Assembly: GCA_964016885.1 (NCBI GenBank)
Contig: OZ024747.1
Location: 62,310,001 to 62,374,000, forward strand
Direction: 5' to 3'
DNA length: 64,000 nt
Origin: Eledone cirrhosa
Taxonomy: Eukaryota
In this document: piece by piece, positions 28,242-42,058 of the stretch
Numbering within the stretch: position 1 is the stretch's first letter
Layout of the letters: the number at the start of each line of letters is the position of its first letter
Notes under the pieces: model-generated
What the model was told of the DNA's origin: nothing
Seen by the model: only the letters and a program-made list of their open reading frames with translations
Database searches by the model: none
Position numbers and translations under genes: made by a program

Positions 28242-28371
28242 AATATGGTTTTATAAATATAGTTTCCATTTGTTAATATCGTATATATATATATATATAT
28301 ATTATGAAGAGAGAAGAAACATTTAGATATAATTAGTAATAAAATGTATCATACCTAAACTGCTCCTAGAT

Positions 28372-28461
28372 TCCTCAACTACGTAGTTTCGTGGCATAAA
28401 CAAAAACAATACATCATAAAGATATAGAGTCCTTGCGAGGTCTGCCGACTTATCAAGAGGA
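28372..28461 (-). ncRNA. Decayed hammerhead ribozyme
   Basis: tcctc TTGATAA gtcggca...tgccac GAAA CTACGTAG TT gagga. 5-bp stem I and a 10-nt palindrome, with two transitions in the core. Confidence 0.55.
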
Positions 28462-28715
28462 TACCTCATTTTACTAGCTTCAAGAACGCGTCTACACGAC
28501 GTGAGAAAGAATCCCAAAAGGCGGAGGGGGAGATAGTCACGCGATATAACGGTCGAGAAACAGAGCTAAGCCTCTTATAACCCCGAAGAAAATACCACGG
28601 AGGCGGAGGGGGTATTTTCTTCGGATGTGGATGCATTCATGTATATGTGTGTGTCCGCATATATCTGTGTGTTTCTAAATATATTGTTATATATATATAT
28701 ATATATATATACAAA

Positions 28716-28783
28716 TAACATTTCTGATTTTTGCAAAAATCAGAAATGTTACTGGCAAAGTGCTCAATAGTTAAAAACCAGAG

Positions 28784-28787
<4 letters not shown>
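28716..28787 (+). repeat. Perfect 36-bp palindrome with a short tail, between TA runs
   Basis: TAACATTTCTGATTTTTG|CAAAAATCAGAAATGTTA. Confidence 0.75.
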
Positions 28788-28851
<64 letters not shown>

Positions 28852-29705
28852 GTCCTTGATGATTCTTTAATAAGGTAAATTTCATGTAAATATAACTACA
28901 ATTTTTGAATTAGAAGACTTTGCTGCGAAAAGAATGTTAAGTTTGTCTTTTATCCTTTTTGGCTTGATAGAATACCCACCAGTCAAATACTGAAGCTTGT
29001 CTATAATAGTTTATCTATCTCTATTTATATAATTTTGAGTATTGTTAATATAAATATTTTGTATCGGGTTTTATCAAAAGATGGTTAGGAAAACTTTCTT
29101 TAGTATATTCTTGCATGCCATATTGCGTTATATTATATATTTCCTCCGAGAATATGCTAAGCTATCTTATAAGCCTAATATTAATATGATTTAAATATAA
29201 TAAACTTTGTGTCAAACTTGCTATCAGTAGTTCCCTTGGCAACACAGCAATTTAGGTAATAATAGAGAAAATGCAATAAAAATGAGGGTAAAAGGGAATA
29301 CAAAAAATAAAATAAAGTGAAATAAAAAAAATATATTGAATAAAAATTTAATTTTATATCGTTAGAATTATTGTTAAAAAAGGATAGGAATTAAATTTTG
29401 TGAAAGAAAAAGGAATTTATTTACTCAATATTCGATTCATAACTGATATTAGTAAACCAAACAGTATATAACCCAGCAGCAAATATAATATTTATATATA
29501 CATACTGACGGGTAGGTTATTTAATAAATATAAATAACAATAAAACGACTGAAATTTTGCTTCAGGGGAGATAAGTTTAGCAAACTAAATAGAACATCGT
29601 TCAAACATGATTATTAAGGAAACCATTTGTATATTGCCTGTAAATGTCGATAAATTGCTAAAGGAGAAATTGTTGCCTCCAAACAAATAAGATATACACT
29701 GTATA

Positions 29706-29857
29706 GGTGTAGGCATGGCAGTGTGGTTAAGGAGTTTACATCGCAACCACGTAGTTCTGTGCTCATTCCAGCTGCGCCTTACCTTGGGCAAGTGTCTTCT
29801 ACTATAACCCTAGGTTGAACAATGCCTTGTAAGTGGAAGTTGGCAAAAGCCTGTCGT
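29706..29857 (+). mobile_element. tRNA-derived SINE family 3, head and body
   Basis: ggcatggcagtgtggttaag head, then ccttgggcaagtgtcttctactata. Confidence 0.7.
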
Positions 29858-29879
29858 ATATATATATATATATATATAT

Positions 29880-30025
29880 GTAAAAGGTAAACAGAAATAA
29901 CAACACAATCTGTACAGTATATGGAAGGGATATATTAGGTTAACGCTTGATATAGCAGGAAGAGGGTCAACGTTTTGGACGCTAGTCCTTCATCAGAAGA
30001 AAGAATGAGAAATAAGATAGATTGA
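29880..30025 (-). mobile_element. PLE-like family D pseudo-LTR, hammerhead with G12 mutated
   Basis: Minus: CTGATGA a ggac-tagc-gtcc AAAA cg TT. Homologs at 53080, 62876 and 63111, all ending at a TA-rich tract. Confidence 0.6.
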
Positions 30026-30027
30026 GG

Positions 30028-30437
30028 GGAATTTCGTATTTCTAAAGAAATACGGTATGTTTATAAATAAACATATAGAAAGCCGTAGCTATGCAAAAAC
30101 ACCAGCGGCTATCGCCATCTGGCGGTGTCCAGCAGAAGCAAAGGGGACAATCATCCAATCATCGATGTGCATTTCGAACTGAACTGGTTCTCGTCCGGAC
30201 GATCCATCTGGACTTTGAAAACAGGCGAGAATATATGGTTTTCTCGTCTGTGTAAATGAAGTGATTAATCTCATTTGCATATGAAGCTGTATAATTTGGC
30301 TCAGCTTATAATAGAATAAAATTAGAATTTAACTTCGAGCATAGCTGTATACAGCTATGTATTGGAATTTCGTATTTTTAAAGAAATACGGTATGTTTAT
30401 AAATAAACATTTAGAAAGCCGTAACTATGTAAAAACA

Positions 30438-30440
<3 letters not shown>
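30028..30440. mobile_element. Unclassified element with about 80-bp direct repeats (30028-30106 and 30364-30440)
   Basis: ggaatttcgtattt.taaagaaatacgg...aaaaacacca occurs twice; third copy at 51725-51855 in the opposite orientation. Confidence 0.6.
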
Positions 30441-30492
<52 letters not shown>

Positions 30493-30557
30493 CAAAAGTA
30501 CAAATAAACAAACGCAGGAATCAATGGTAAATAGTGTCACTAGCTTCATGCTTGGTG

Positions 30558-30632
<75 letters not shown>

Positions 30633-30753
30633 TTTTTGAATTTGTTTGACAAGATTTCTTATCTGAAAACGTGTGTTATACTTTGGGAGGGTCATGCTGT
30701 CAATTTTCCTTTTTGTAAGAGATGTTTAGTTTGTATGCCTGTGGCTATATCTT

Positions 30754-30882
30754 TTATGTCAAGTACTGTGTGCTGAGTTCTAATTTATTATTTATTTGCG
30801 GGTTGAGTCTACGTATGAGCAAGGCTTCCTTAATTCTTAAGTTGCCCATATTTCTATCACTGGCTTTAATCGTTACCTCATC
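30754..30882 (-). pseudogene. C-terminal fragment of a Penelope-like GIY-YIG endonuclease
   Basis: Translates DEVTIKASDRNMGNLRIKEALLIRRLNPQINNKLELSTQYLT*, matching the PLE L-x-I-x-EAL-x-I-x4-P-x-(L/I)N ending. In-frame stop immediately upstream. Confidence 0.7.
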
Positions 30883-31130
30883 TTACAGTCCATTTTGTAT
30901 TGTTTTGCCTTCTATCTCTTTCAAGGTTATATTTTATATCCAAAGCTTCAAGCAAACTATAACATTATATATATATGTATATATATATATATATAATACA
31001 ATTTAGGAAAGTCGGTTGATCAGATAATCCACCGACTTGTCGTAAACAAACGTAAAGCACCCTACCATTTGTATTCCTTAAAATGTTATCGATAAGGTAT
31101 TAACCGGAGTGTCAATATTATAAATCTATA

Positions 31131-32906
<1,776 letters not shown>

Positions 32907-33040
32907 ACAGAGAGAGAGAGTGAGAGAGTGAGAGAGAGAGAGAGGTAAACTTCAGCCTGTGATTTTATCTATCAATATTTAGTAATCTCCTCCACCATCC
33001 ATCGATTTGGTATATCAATCTTTCAAGTGGACATAATATA

Positions 33041-33080
<40 letters not shown>

Positions 33081-33408
33081 TGATACTTTCACTCAGCTTT
33101 CGAGAAACCAGTTAACTTTGAAATAATTGCCAATTTTAATATCACTAATGCATCCCACACATATCTAGGGCTCGATATTTCATTTGAAATCAGCATCTCA
33201 GAAGTAAATATAATGGAATTATTTAAGCACGAATGTTCTGAAGTAGCTTGATGGAGTTCGTCAAAATTTCATTTAACCTTTTCCTATTGAATGGCGGTTA
33301 GGTATGACGTCATTAATGATATGTAATCCATCATCCCGATATCATTTAATAGTCACCTTTATTGTCTCAAAATATTAAATTTAGTGCAGGATTTTCTCTG
33401 GAAATAAC

Positions 33409-33593
33409 TGTTTCTACTTTAGGCACAAGGCCAGCAATTACCCAGTACATTACTGGTACTTTATTTTATCGACCCCGTAAGGATGAAAGGCAAAGTTAAC
33501 CTCGGCGGGATTTGAACTCAGACTGTAAAGGGACGCAACTATGCTAGAAAGCATGGCGCCCAACCCTCTACCGATACTGCCAATTCACCGCCC
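33409..33593 (-). mobile_element. SINE family 1 with 16-bp TSD
   Basis: TTTCTCTGGAAATAAC at 33393-33408 and 33594-33609. Confidence 0.92.
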
Positions 33594-33654
33594 TTTCTCT
33601 GGAAATAACGGTTTTGAGTTAGTTATTGACATTCTTGTTATTTTTATCGCTCTC

Positions 33655-33851
33655 GTTAGAGAGTTGGACACCATACTTTGCAGTATAGAGTTACGGTCCT
33701 TTACGGTCTGAGTTCAAATCCCGCCGAGGTTAACTTTGCCTTTTATCCTTACGGGGTCGATAAAATAAAGTACCAGTCACGCACTGGGGTCGATTTAATC
33801 GACTTTCCCCTCCCCCAAAATTGCTGGCCTTGTGCTTATAGTAGAAACTAT
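33655..33851 (+). mobile_element. SINE family 1, 5'-truncated
   Basis: B box, core and tail present. Confidence 0.85.
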
Positions 33852-34489
33852 TGTTGTTGTTGTTACTGTTTTTGGTGCTGCTGCTGTTAATTTTGTTGCT
33901 TAGCCTTAAATCTATCCTGATTGAGGTATGGTCAAAAGTAATCTTGCCACGATCATCTGAGTCATTTTTCAAACATCTTGGACATAATGCATTTTGGAAT
34001 ACACTGGCCAATGTATTGTCTGTTTCCTGTTAATTTTTCGTTTACTGTTTGCACACTGTGTGCATGTGTTTGAGTTCGAGCGTGCCCGTATGTGCAATAG
34101 AGACCTTCAATTGACATCTCTTGACCTTAAACAAATCTACCATCCAATGTAATAATCTATATTATCCTGTAATATAAGGATACCTTTTCATATTGGTAAG
34201 TATGTTTTTTTAAAACCACATGTGCTTTGGTCGTTATTCCTTGATTTGCTTTTACTGTGTAATCTTAGATAGTTAAATCTCCTCCATTGCCGTTGATCCA
34301 ACATTTGACTTCTGTGATTCACTGATTAATGGTGAAATATATTTCTTCAATGCAATATATACAAAGGAGATTAATCCTTATTGCAAGGTATCTATATTCA
34401 AGGTTCTTATTAATTTTTAATATGTTACTCTGTAACTATGTGTTTACACTCTTTACAAATTATCCCCTGTAATTGTTTGATGTGTTTAT

Positions 34490-34549
<60 letters not shown>

Positions 34550-34736
34550 AGAACAAAAGATGGTTAAAAGAGTTCCATGTATTTTATTATGCGCATATAT
34601 ATATGTCATTCGACTTTTAATTTAATGTTAATAAATGCTCGGATTTACTATTTGGAATCTTTGAGCTTATTCCACAGGTGATATGGCACATGCTTCTGAT
34701 ATTCTCAGACATGCCATATTTAATCTAATTTTTGTA

Positions 34737-34791
<55 letters not shown>

Positions 34792-34884
34792 GTAAAAGAA
34801 TGACTTCACTTGTAGTTCTAAACAATTTAATTTCATTTTATAATATGATTTTCCAATTTGGTTTATTAGATTTAGTAAGTTCTT

Positions 34885-34965
34885 TGTTAACTTCGGTAGG
34901 AAGATTTTTAAAAATTCCTGTTTAACTTTCCTGGAGAACTTTCTCGCATTCGTCATTGGCAATTG
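34885..34965 (-). pseudogene. Possible second PLE GIY-YIG C-terminal remnant
   Basis: TNARKFSRKVKQEFLKIFLPKLT resembles the R-x-x-KE-x-x-F-I-x-x-F-x-P-x-LN ending; short and degenerate. Confidence 0.3.
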
Positions 34966-36181
34966 TAAAACTGATCTAGAAATACACACACACATGTACA
35001 CCAGGTCTACACTTAGGTTATCATACTAATACAGTTTGTTTTGGTAGAATATTTAGTAAAACTTCTAGCTGTTTTACACCTTCCCTTGTTTCCTATTTTC
35101 ATTTTCTCATCCATAATCTGCCCCTCCCCCATTGGCCTTCAATATTTGAAATTTTAATTTTTTTTCCTATTTTTTTCCCTTTTTTATTTTGTTTATTTTT
35201 TTGTAGTACTTGTCTCACTAGCTCTTTTTGATAACCAACTGTAAGGAGTACTCAATACTTCCTCTAGCCTCTCATGTCTTACTAGCTCTATACGGACGTT
35301 TAAATTGATTAAATAAAAAAAATATGAAACAAATAAATAAATGATTGATTAAATAAATAAATAAATACATAATAGCCCACCGGACAAATTACTTTGGGAT
35401 ATCTAGTTAGGTTAAGGGGTTTTCAGGTTTTTAATTTAAATCCACCCTCGCAAGGCTAAATTTGCCTTCCATACTTCAGAAAATCGCTGAAGCTAAGTAC
35501 GACTCAAGTAGTACACTGCGGTTCTCTATTGTTATGATGTATCCTAGATGTGAAATAACGTTATAATAGAAGATTAAGATTACGGAATCATAAGAGGACC
35601 ATGAAATTTGAAGTAAATCTCCTAACATTACAACTATTTCGATTATAAGAGTACATTGCAATAAAACATTTAAAAACAAATGAAGAAAACTAATTGAAAA
35701 TGGTAAAGTACAAAAGGGAAAGAAATCTCAATAATACTGAAATAATTCTTCAGAAAATAAAAACAAAAGCTAACACAAAAATAAAAAAAAAATAAAACAA
35801 ACCCCCCCAAAAAGAAACTTTGTTTAGTGTCTTGCTATTGATTTTTTTTTGTTTCCTTATTGCCTAGACACAAAACATGCTTTTTTTAATAGATTGAATG
35901 AGATAAAATCGATTCGTTTTTGCATTTAGAACCAAAATTCAATATTGAAATGTATTTTTTTGCTTCCTTTACAAAATTCTACGCTCTTTTGTACCATTAT
36001 CACTATCATCATCATTATCATCATCATCGTCCCCAAAACCACCACCACCACCATCATCATCATCATCTCATTATATTCGTTAAATAAAGATATAAACGGC
36101 CATTTTACTTCACCAAGAAAATGAGATTTCAGTTTCTTTTTGCTTTTGTTTTTCTTTGTAGTAGACAAATCTTACCCTAAT

Positions 36182-36420
36182 CTCACGAAACAGCTCTCAA
36201 TTTCTGAGAAGTAGAGGAACAAAGCCCTGAAGGCAAGAGCAGAAACAGCCGAAAAGAGCTCCGGTTGGATCTGGTTGAGGAGGAACAGAAGCGGCCTCCA
36301 CGAGGCTTACGTACTCTACAATATCCAAGTGATTAAAAGGAGACAGTAGAAAAGCCATTGAGGAGTCATGATCTGGATGAGGCCCGGTCCCTTAGAGTGT
36401 AAGAAGTTAAGGGCCAAATC
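36182..36420 (+). mobile_element. 3' end of an RLE-type non-LTR retrotransposon (HERO-like)
   Basis: LTKQLSISEK*RNKALKARAETAEKSSGWIWLRRN resembles the AE-x-x-S-x-W-(L/I)-W-x-x-R C-terminus I recall for HERO elements. A diverged second 3' UTR copy lies at 36590-36695. Confidence 0.55.
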
Positions 36421-36709
36421 ACTAACGCGATGAAGAGTGGCTTTTCTTCGAAAACCTTCTACTGGGATCACCCTAGAGTTTCTTACTACACACACACACA
36501 TAATTTTCACATCCATTTTTCCATACTTGCATGGGTTAGACGAATCCCCTCCTGTACAATATCTTTCCGACGTCAGCAGAAGTGTACTCAGGTGTCATGT
36601 CCTGGATGCGGTCCAGCCCCCCTTAAAGTTAAGGGGCGAAAGACATTTCTAAAAACCTTTTGCTGTCCAGCCCTTCCTAGAGTTTTTTACAACTAACTTG
36701 TATGTATGT

Positions 36710-37000
36710 GTGGTCCAGTAACCCATGATAGAGTGGTAGGGGCACCGTATTGACAAACGGCATTTCTTAGCCATTTTAAGCATGGCGGAGCCCAACCCTC
36801 TTCAGGCCTGAGTACAGCGGATTTCTTCCAGCGAGAGGAAGAATCGATCTCAGTACTAGACTGGTACTTATTTTATCGACCTCAAAAGGATGAAAAGCGA
36901 AGTTGACCTCGGCGGGATTTGAACTCAAAGAGCAGAGAGCCGGAATGAATACCATAAAGCATTCTATCCGATGTTCTAACTACTCTGCCAATTCGCCGCC
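36710..37000 (-). mobile_element. SINE family-1 head and core with the alternative tail
   Basis: Homologous to 5690-6000. Confidence 0.7.
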
Positions 37001-37012
37001 ACCTATACGACT

Positions 37013-37222
37013 AACGTGTGGCTGAGTGGTTAGAGAATTGGATTTGCAATCGTGAGGTTTTGAGTTTGATTCCCGGGCCGGGCGATGCGTTATGTCCTTG
37101 GACAAGACACCTTATTTCACGTTGCTCCTTCAACCTAGAGTTGCGACCGATAGATAGTATTAGCAATTAGAAAGACCAATGGAAACATTGTTTCCTCGGT
37201 CCGATTTGACGAAAATCGATCG
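37013..37222 (+). mobile_element. SINE family 2
   Basis: cgtgtggctgagtggttagag head, gagtttgattcc B box, tgtccttggacaagacac. Confidence 0.78.
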
Positions 37223-37649
37223 ACTGCCGATACTACTAACTTAAAAATTTACACAGCCTCGTCGTATCATCACATCACTGTATTAGTTAAACAAAGATAT
37301 GATCAGCCATTTTATTTTCGATATGCTTTATTAAGAATGTATTTTTCCTTTTCTTTCCGTCCATTTTTTAAATGATACTTCTTCAAATTATGTGAGTAAA
37401 TATCACAATTCAAATTATCCCAAACTTAGTTGATATCAGATTTCTACATATACAGCTTAGACATTTCTGACATTTTCTAACCCGGTAGGAATATAGATCC
37501 TCTCTGTTATAATCGATACAAGGCAGTCATTCATTATTCTGCTTATTGATCGTTCCCATAACACAAGAAGAAATGTCACTGGCGCGTCGTTTTTGGCATG
37601 TTGTTGATAAGAAGAAAAAGAAGAAAACAGTAACAACAACAATAATAAC

Positions 37650-38251
37650 CATGATTTCTGATTTAGGCACAAGGCCTGCAATTTTGGGGGAAAGGGAAAG
37701 TCGATTAAATCGACCTCAGTGCATTACTGGTGCTTTATTTTATCGATCCTTCAGCGGGATTTGAACTCAGAACATAAAGGAGATAACTCTATGCCGCTAA
37801 GCATGGAGTTTGACGCTCTAAATAATAATAATAATAATGATTTCTAGTATAGGCACAAGGCCAGTAATTTGGGGGAGAGGAAAGTCGATTAAATCGACCC
37901 CAGTACATTACTGGTACGTTATTTTATCGATCCCGTAAAGATGAAATACAAAGCTAACCTCAGCGGAATTTGAACTCAGAACGTAAAAGGTCATAACTCT
38001 ATGCTGTAAAGCATGGTGTCCGACGCTCTCCCGATTCTGCCATTCCACTAATAATAATAATAATTGTTTCTACTTTTGGCACAAGGCCAGCAATTACTCA
38101 GTGCATTACTGGTACTTTATTTTATCGACCCCGTAAGGATGAAAGGCAAAGTTAACCTCGGCGGGATTTGAACTCAGAATGGCAAGGGCCGTAACTCTAT
38201 GCGTCAAAGCATGGCGTCCGACCCTCTACCGATACTGCCAATCCACCGCCT
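37650..38251 (-). mobile_element. Three tandem SINE family-1 copies separated by (AAT)n
   Basis: Three tails and cores with aataataat spacers. Confidence 0.85.
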
Positions 38252-38894
38252 TCATAATAATAATAATATTAATGATGTATGCTAAAGTGCATGTCCTAGT
38301 GGTTAGCGTGTTCAGTTCATGATTGTAAGGTTGTGAGCGCGATTCTCGAAGTTCTACCTATAAATTGAAGAGGCCAGCCTTGAAACACACTGTACCAGGC
38401 TGAATTTTCTGAGAAGCACGTTTAGGGTGATCTTCTGTGGAATGCACAGCCACCTACACGTTAATTTCACGAATAGACAGTTCCGTTTATTGAATCAACA
38501 GGGATAGTCGTCGTCGTTAACGACGGACGTCCACCAACAATAATGCTAAAGATAAACAAGACCACAGAAATAGAGCTATCAAATATTTAATCCAAGAGAT
38601 ATACGATCAGTAATCCAAGCCAACACACTGTTCCGAAAGTACACCCAAAACAAACAAACAACATTTTAGATAAATAAACGTAGGCATTCCTAATTTTTAT
38701 TTTATTTTTGTTTTGCTGATAAAATTTATTCCTATTTCTATTTTTCTCCAAATGTTATTTTTTATATATACATTTTCAATTTACAAAACAAATTTTATTT
38801 TCATATTTCTAATTCATAAATCTAAATTTGGAGAATATTTTACGATATTATTTATGCTTTTTTAATCTACTATATTGTTATCAAAGCTGTAAAA

Positions 38895-39063
38895 TAATTG
38901 TTTCTGCCTTTGGTACAAGGTCAGCAATTATCCCAGTGTCTTACTGGTACTTTATTTTATCGACCCCGTAATGATGAAAGGCAAAGTTAAACTCGGCGGG
39001 ATTTGAACTCAGACAGCAAAGGGCCATAACTCTATGCTGGAAAGCATGGCGTCCGACGCTCTA
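38895..39063 (-). mobile_element. SINE family 1, 5'-truncated
   Basis: Core and tail present. Confidence 0.85.
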
Positions 39064-39189
39064 ATAATATTCTGTTTTTACACAGAATATTTTGAAATAC
39101 ATCTTCTGCCAACAATATATCGTTTTCTATTGTCATTCTTTCAAGTAGAGATTACAGTTGCGCACCAATTGATGGTAGTTAGTAATATA

Positions 39190-40224
39190 TTGGGTTGGAC
39201 AGAAAGTTCAGACCGTTTTTCAAAAGGAGCTAATTTGGTCATGTTTTCTGGAAATGTTGAAAGTTGCGCCGTCAAGAGGGAAGGTAACATGGATCTATCC
39301 AAATCGTTTATTCGTGGCAGCTTATATATATATATAGCAGGTCACTCTTGAGTGCTACTGGTAGCGTGTAACCCAGTACAACATGTCGCATGGTCGGGTC
39401 GTCGGCAACTAATCCGGCAACCCTACCAAGTTCACTTGGTGAGGAGGGTGATTTTGGACACCCTGCAGGACAAAAAACAAAACCTGACAAAGGGCGGAAG
39501 AAATTATAAGAGTCAACGACAAATCTAAAAAAAAATAATAATAAACCCTACCAAATCAATGGGCGGCAGTAGTTCCAGCTGCATGCATCAAAATGCTGGT
39601 GTAGTGGTTCTGAGAACAATGCGGCTTCAACCGAAATAAATATGAAGTACACCATATCCAATGCTCCTAGGGGCGGCCCTGATTCTTTTTATTTGCGAGT
39701 GTAAACTAGGCCAGATTAGAGTAGATTAGATATTTCATGACTTCAATTCTGGCCTAAGCGCAGCAGCATCGAGTCGTCGCATTAACAATGCATTTGGGTC
39801 ACACGGATGCAGTGCCAGAGACTAGTTTGTACGCTTCCATTCTGGTGTTTACGGCCTTGAAAATCTACTTTGCGCAAGAAGACGTCCATCTGAATGCGTG
39901 AGCTGATGGAAGGCAACCCATGCCAGGCATCACGTCAACTCTCTCAAGTGTTTGAGCATCGAACAAAAAAAAACGACAACAACAGAAAAACCCTCCTCAA
40001 TCATTTGCGTGCAATAGAGAAGGTGTCCAGTTTAATCAGTGGCTGACTGAATTCTTTACATTGAAGCCAGAAGAATTCTACAGGGATCACGTACCTTCCT
40101 AAACGATGGCAGACATTTATCACAAGCAATGGCGATTATTTTGACGGTAAAATTCTCCTAACGTTAAAAAACGCCAAAGTCGATAAAAATTTGAAAAACG
40201 ACGAGAACTTTCTATCCAGCCTAA
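39190..40224 (+). mobile_element. Decayed mariner transposon with internal deletion and nested insertion
   Basis: TIRs TTGGGTTGGACAGAAAGTTC and TTAGGCTGGATAGAAAGTTC, TA flanks. Transposase pieces: MDLSKSFIRGSL (ATG 39289), FHDFNSGLSAAASSRRINNAFG...D*FVRFHSG (from 39733), WLTEFFTLKPEEFYR and LPKRWQTFITSNGDYF (40039-40145). Confidence 0.88.
39337..39730 (+). mobile_element. Bipartite retroposon nested in the mariner ORF
   Basis: The 5' half matches the 1893/53870 family; the 3' half matches 60666-60946 and ends in a GATTA-repeat tail. Confidence 0.6.
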
Positions 40225-40427
40225 TATGTCTATCTGTTTGGTTGTTTGTCTGTGTGTCTGTCAATCTATCTATCTATCTATCTATCTATTCAACTATCTA
40301 TCTATGTGTCTGTCTGTCAGTTCATCTCTTGGTCCGTCTGTCTAGGTACGTATGTATGTATGTATGTATGTATGTATGTATGTATGTATGTATGTATGTA
40401 TGTATGTATGTATGTATGTATGTATGG

Positions 40428-40836
40428 GAGAGATGACCCCTTAGCCTTTGTCAAGGCAGAATTCTAGGAGAAGGAAAACTCTGATATAACACCTGCAACT
40501 CTGATGGTATCCAATGATGTTGACTTGTTCTTCTTTTTGGTAAATATAATCTTGGTTAAGAGAGTGGGACTGGCTTTGTGCAGTGCCTTTGCTCACTATA
40601 AAAGCTTCACGGCACAGGCATTGCTTTATATCTGGAGATCTCCCTGCACTTGTCGTCACATGATACCATGGGCCCAGCACTATGTGTCAATAATTGTCAC
40701 AAGTGTAGTGTTTGTACCAGAGTTTTCAAGTCGCTGGCTGGACTAAAAAGTCACACTCGTTCAGCGCATCGGTAGGGGTTCTCCTACATGGATATAAAGT
40801 AGTGGCCGTACTCGAAAACGAGTTGGCAGCCACCAT
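40428..40836 (+). mobile_element. About 410-bp RTE-derived bipartite non-autonomous element
   Basis: RTE-like 5' UTR motif CTAGGAGAAGGAAAACTCTGA joined to a C-terminal C2H2 finger HKCSVCTRVFKSLAGLKSHTRSAHR* (40698-40775). Flanked by (TATG)n. Near-identical inverted copy at 50336-50742. Confidence 0.75.
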
Positions 40837-41484
40837 GTATGTATGTATGTATGTATGTATCTTTCGTTCTCTCTCAATCTATCTATCTATTTATGTATCT
40901 AGGTCTCTGCCTGTCTGTCTGTTTGACTGTTTATCTACTTATTTACGTTACTTCCTTCCTAGCTTTCTTCCTCTACCAATAATAGCTTATAGGAACCAAT
41001 CACAACGATATGCTAATCTCTGCTATACACCGCTCCCCTGCCTTTCCTCGGGGACAACCAAGGGGACATAAATTTATTCAGTAGCTACCAAGAGACCACT
41101 GATTATATAAAACATACAAAAATAATAACAAATGAGATTAGAGAAGATTTCCTATCAGGGAACAGTTACAGAGCAGAAGGAATACATTTCCCAAAATAAG
41201 CTTGTAGGAAATTCCCTGGAAACCATTGTCAATTACAAGAAGACAACGAGAGAGATTTCATATTGAAAACATAACGTCGACATTAAAAGTAAAGTAATAT
41301 ATTTACTTAGTTGCTAGCTATACAGAAATGTTGTCACACACTCTGGAGAGAACAAATGATAGCAACCATCTTGTTATAATGGTAACATGAAAAACACAAG
41401 CAAACACTAACGAAATAACCTAAAGGACGATAGATAGAGAAAATATGTACCAATATTTAGTGAATGAGACGAAGAAAACTGAAG

Positions 41485-42058
41485 TATTAGATATGTCAGA
41501 TATAGAAATATAATGTATGTATAATGTCTAGAATACACAAACCCTATCTTGAATGTGTACTGAATGTGTACGGTCTACAGTAAATAAACCGTATCTCTGC
41601 GTGTCAGATATAGGAATATAATGTATGTATATTGTATAGAATAGACAAACCCTATCTCTGCATGTCGTCAGTATTAGATATGTGACAGGAATATAATGTA
41701 TGTATAATGTATAGAATAGACAAACTGTATCTCAGTGTCAGATATAGGAATATAATGTATGTATATTGTATAGAATAGACAAACCCTATCTCTGCATGTC
41801 GTCAGTATTAGATATGTCTGACAGGAATATAATGTATGTATAATGTATAGAATAGACAAACTGTATCTCAGTGTCAGATATAGGAATATAATGTATGTAT
41901 ATTGTTTAGAATAGACAAACCCTATCACTGAGTGTCGTCAGTATTAGATATGTCTGACAGGAATATAATGTATGTATACAACTGTATCTCTGCGTGTCAG
42001 ACAAAACAATATGATGTATATATATTGTCTAGGACAGACAAACACTATCTCTGGGTGT
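41485..42058. repeat. Degenerate tandem repeat, roughly 60-70-bp subunits in a roughly 130-bp dimer
   Basis: Recurrent aggaatataatgtatgtata.tgtatagaatagacaaac. Confidence 0.85.

Larger units (their letters stand above)
27870..28284. mobile_element. PLE-like family C with inverted pseudo-LTR arms (27958-28085 and 28157-28284)
   Basis: Near-perfect inverted repeat of about 127 bp, a hammerhead in each arm, TA flanks; homolog at 51418-51677. Confidence 0.75.

Noticed and set aside
36596-36648. Type-III hammerhead-like three-way junction (atgtc...GAAA gacat)
   Set aside because: CUGANGA and the UH site are absent.
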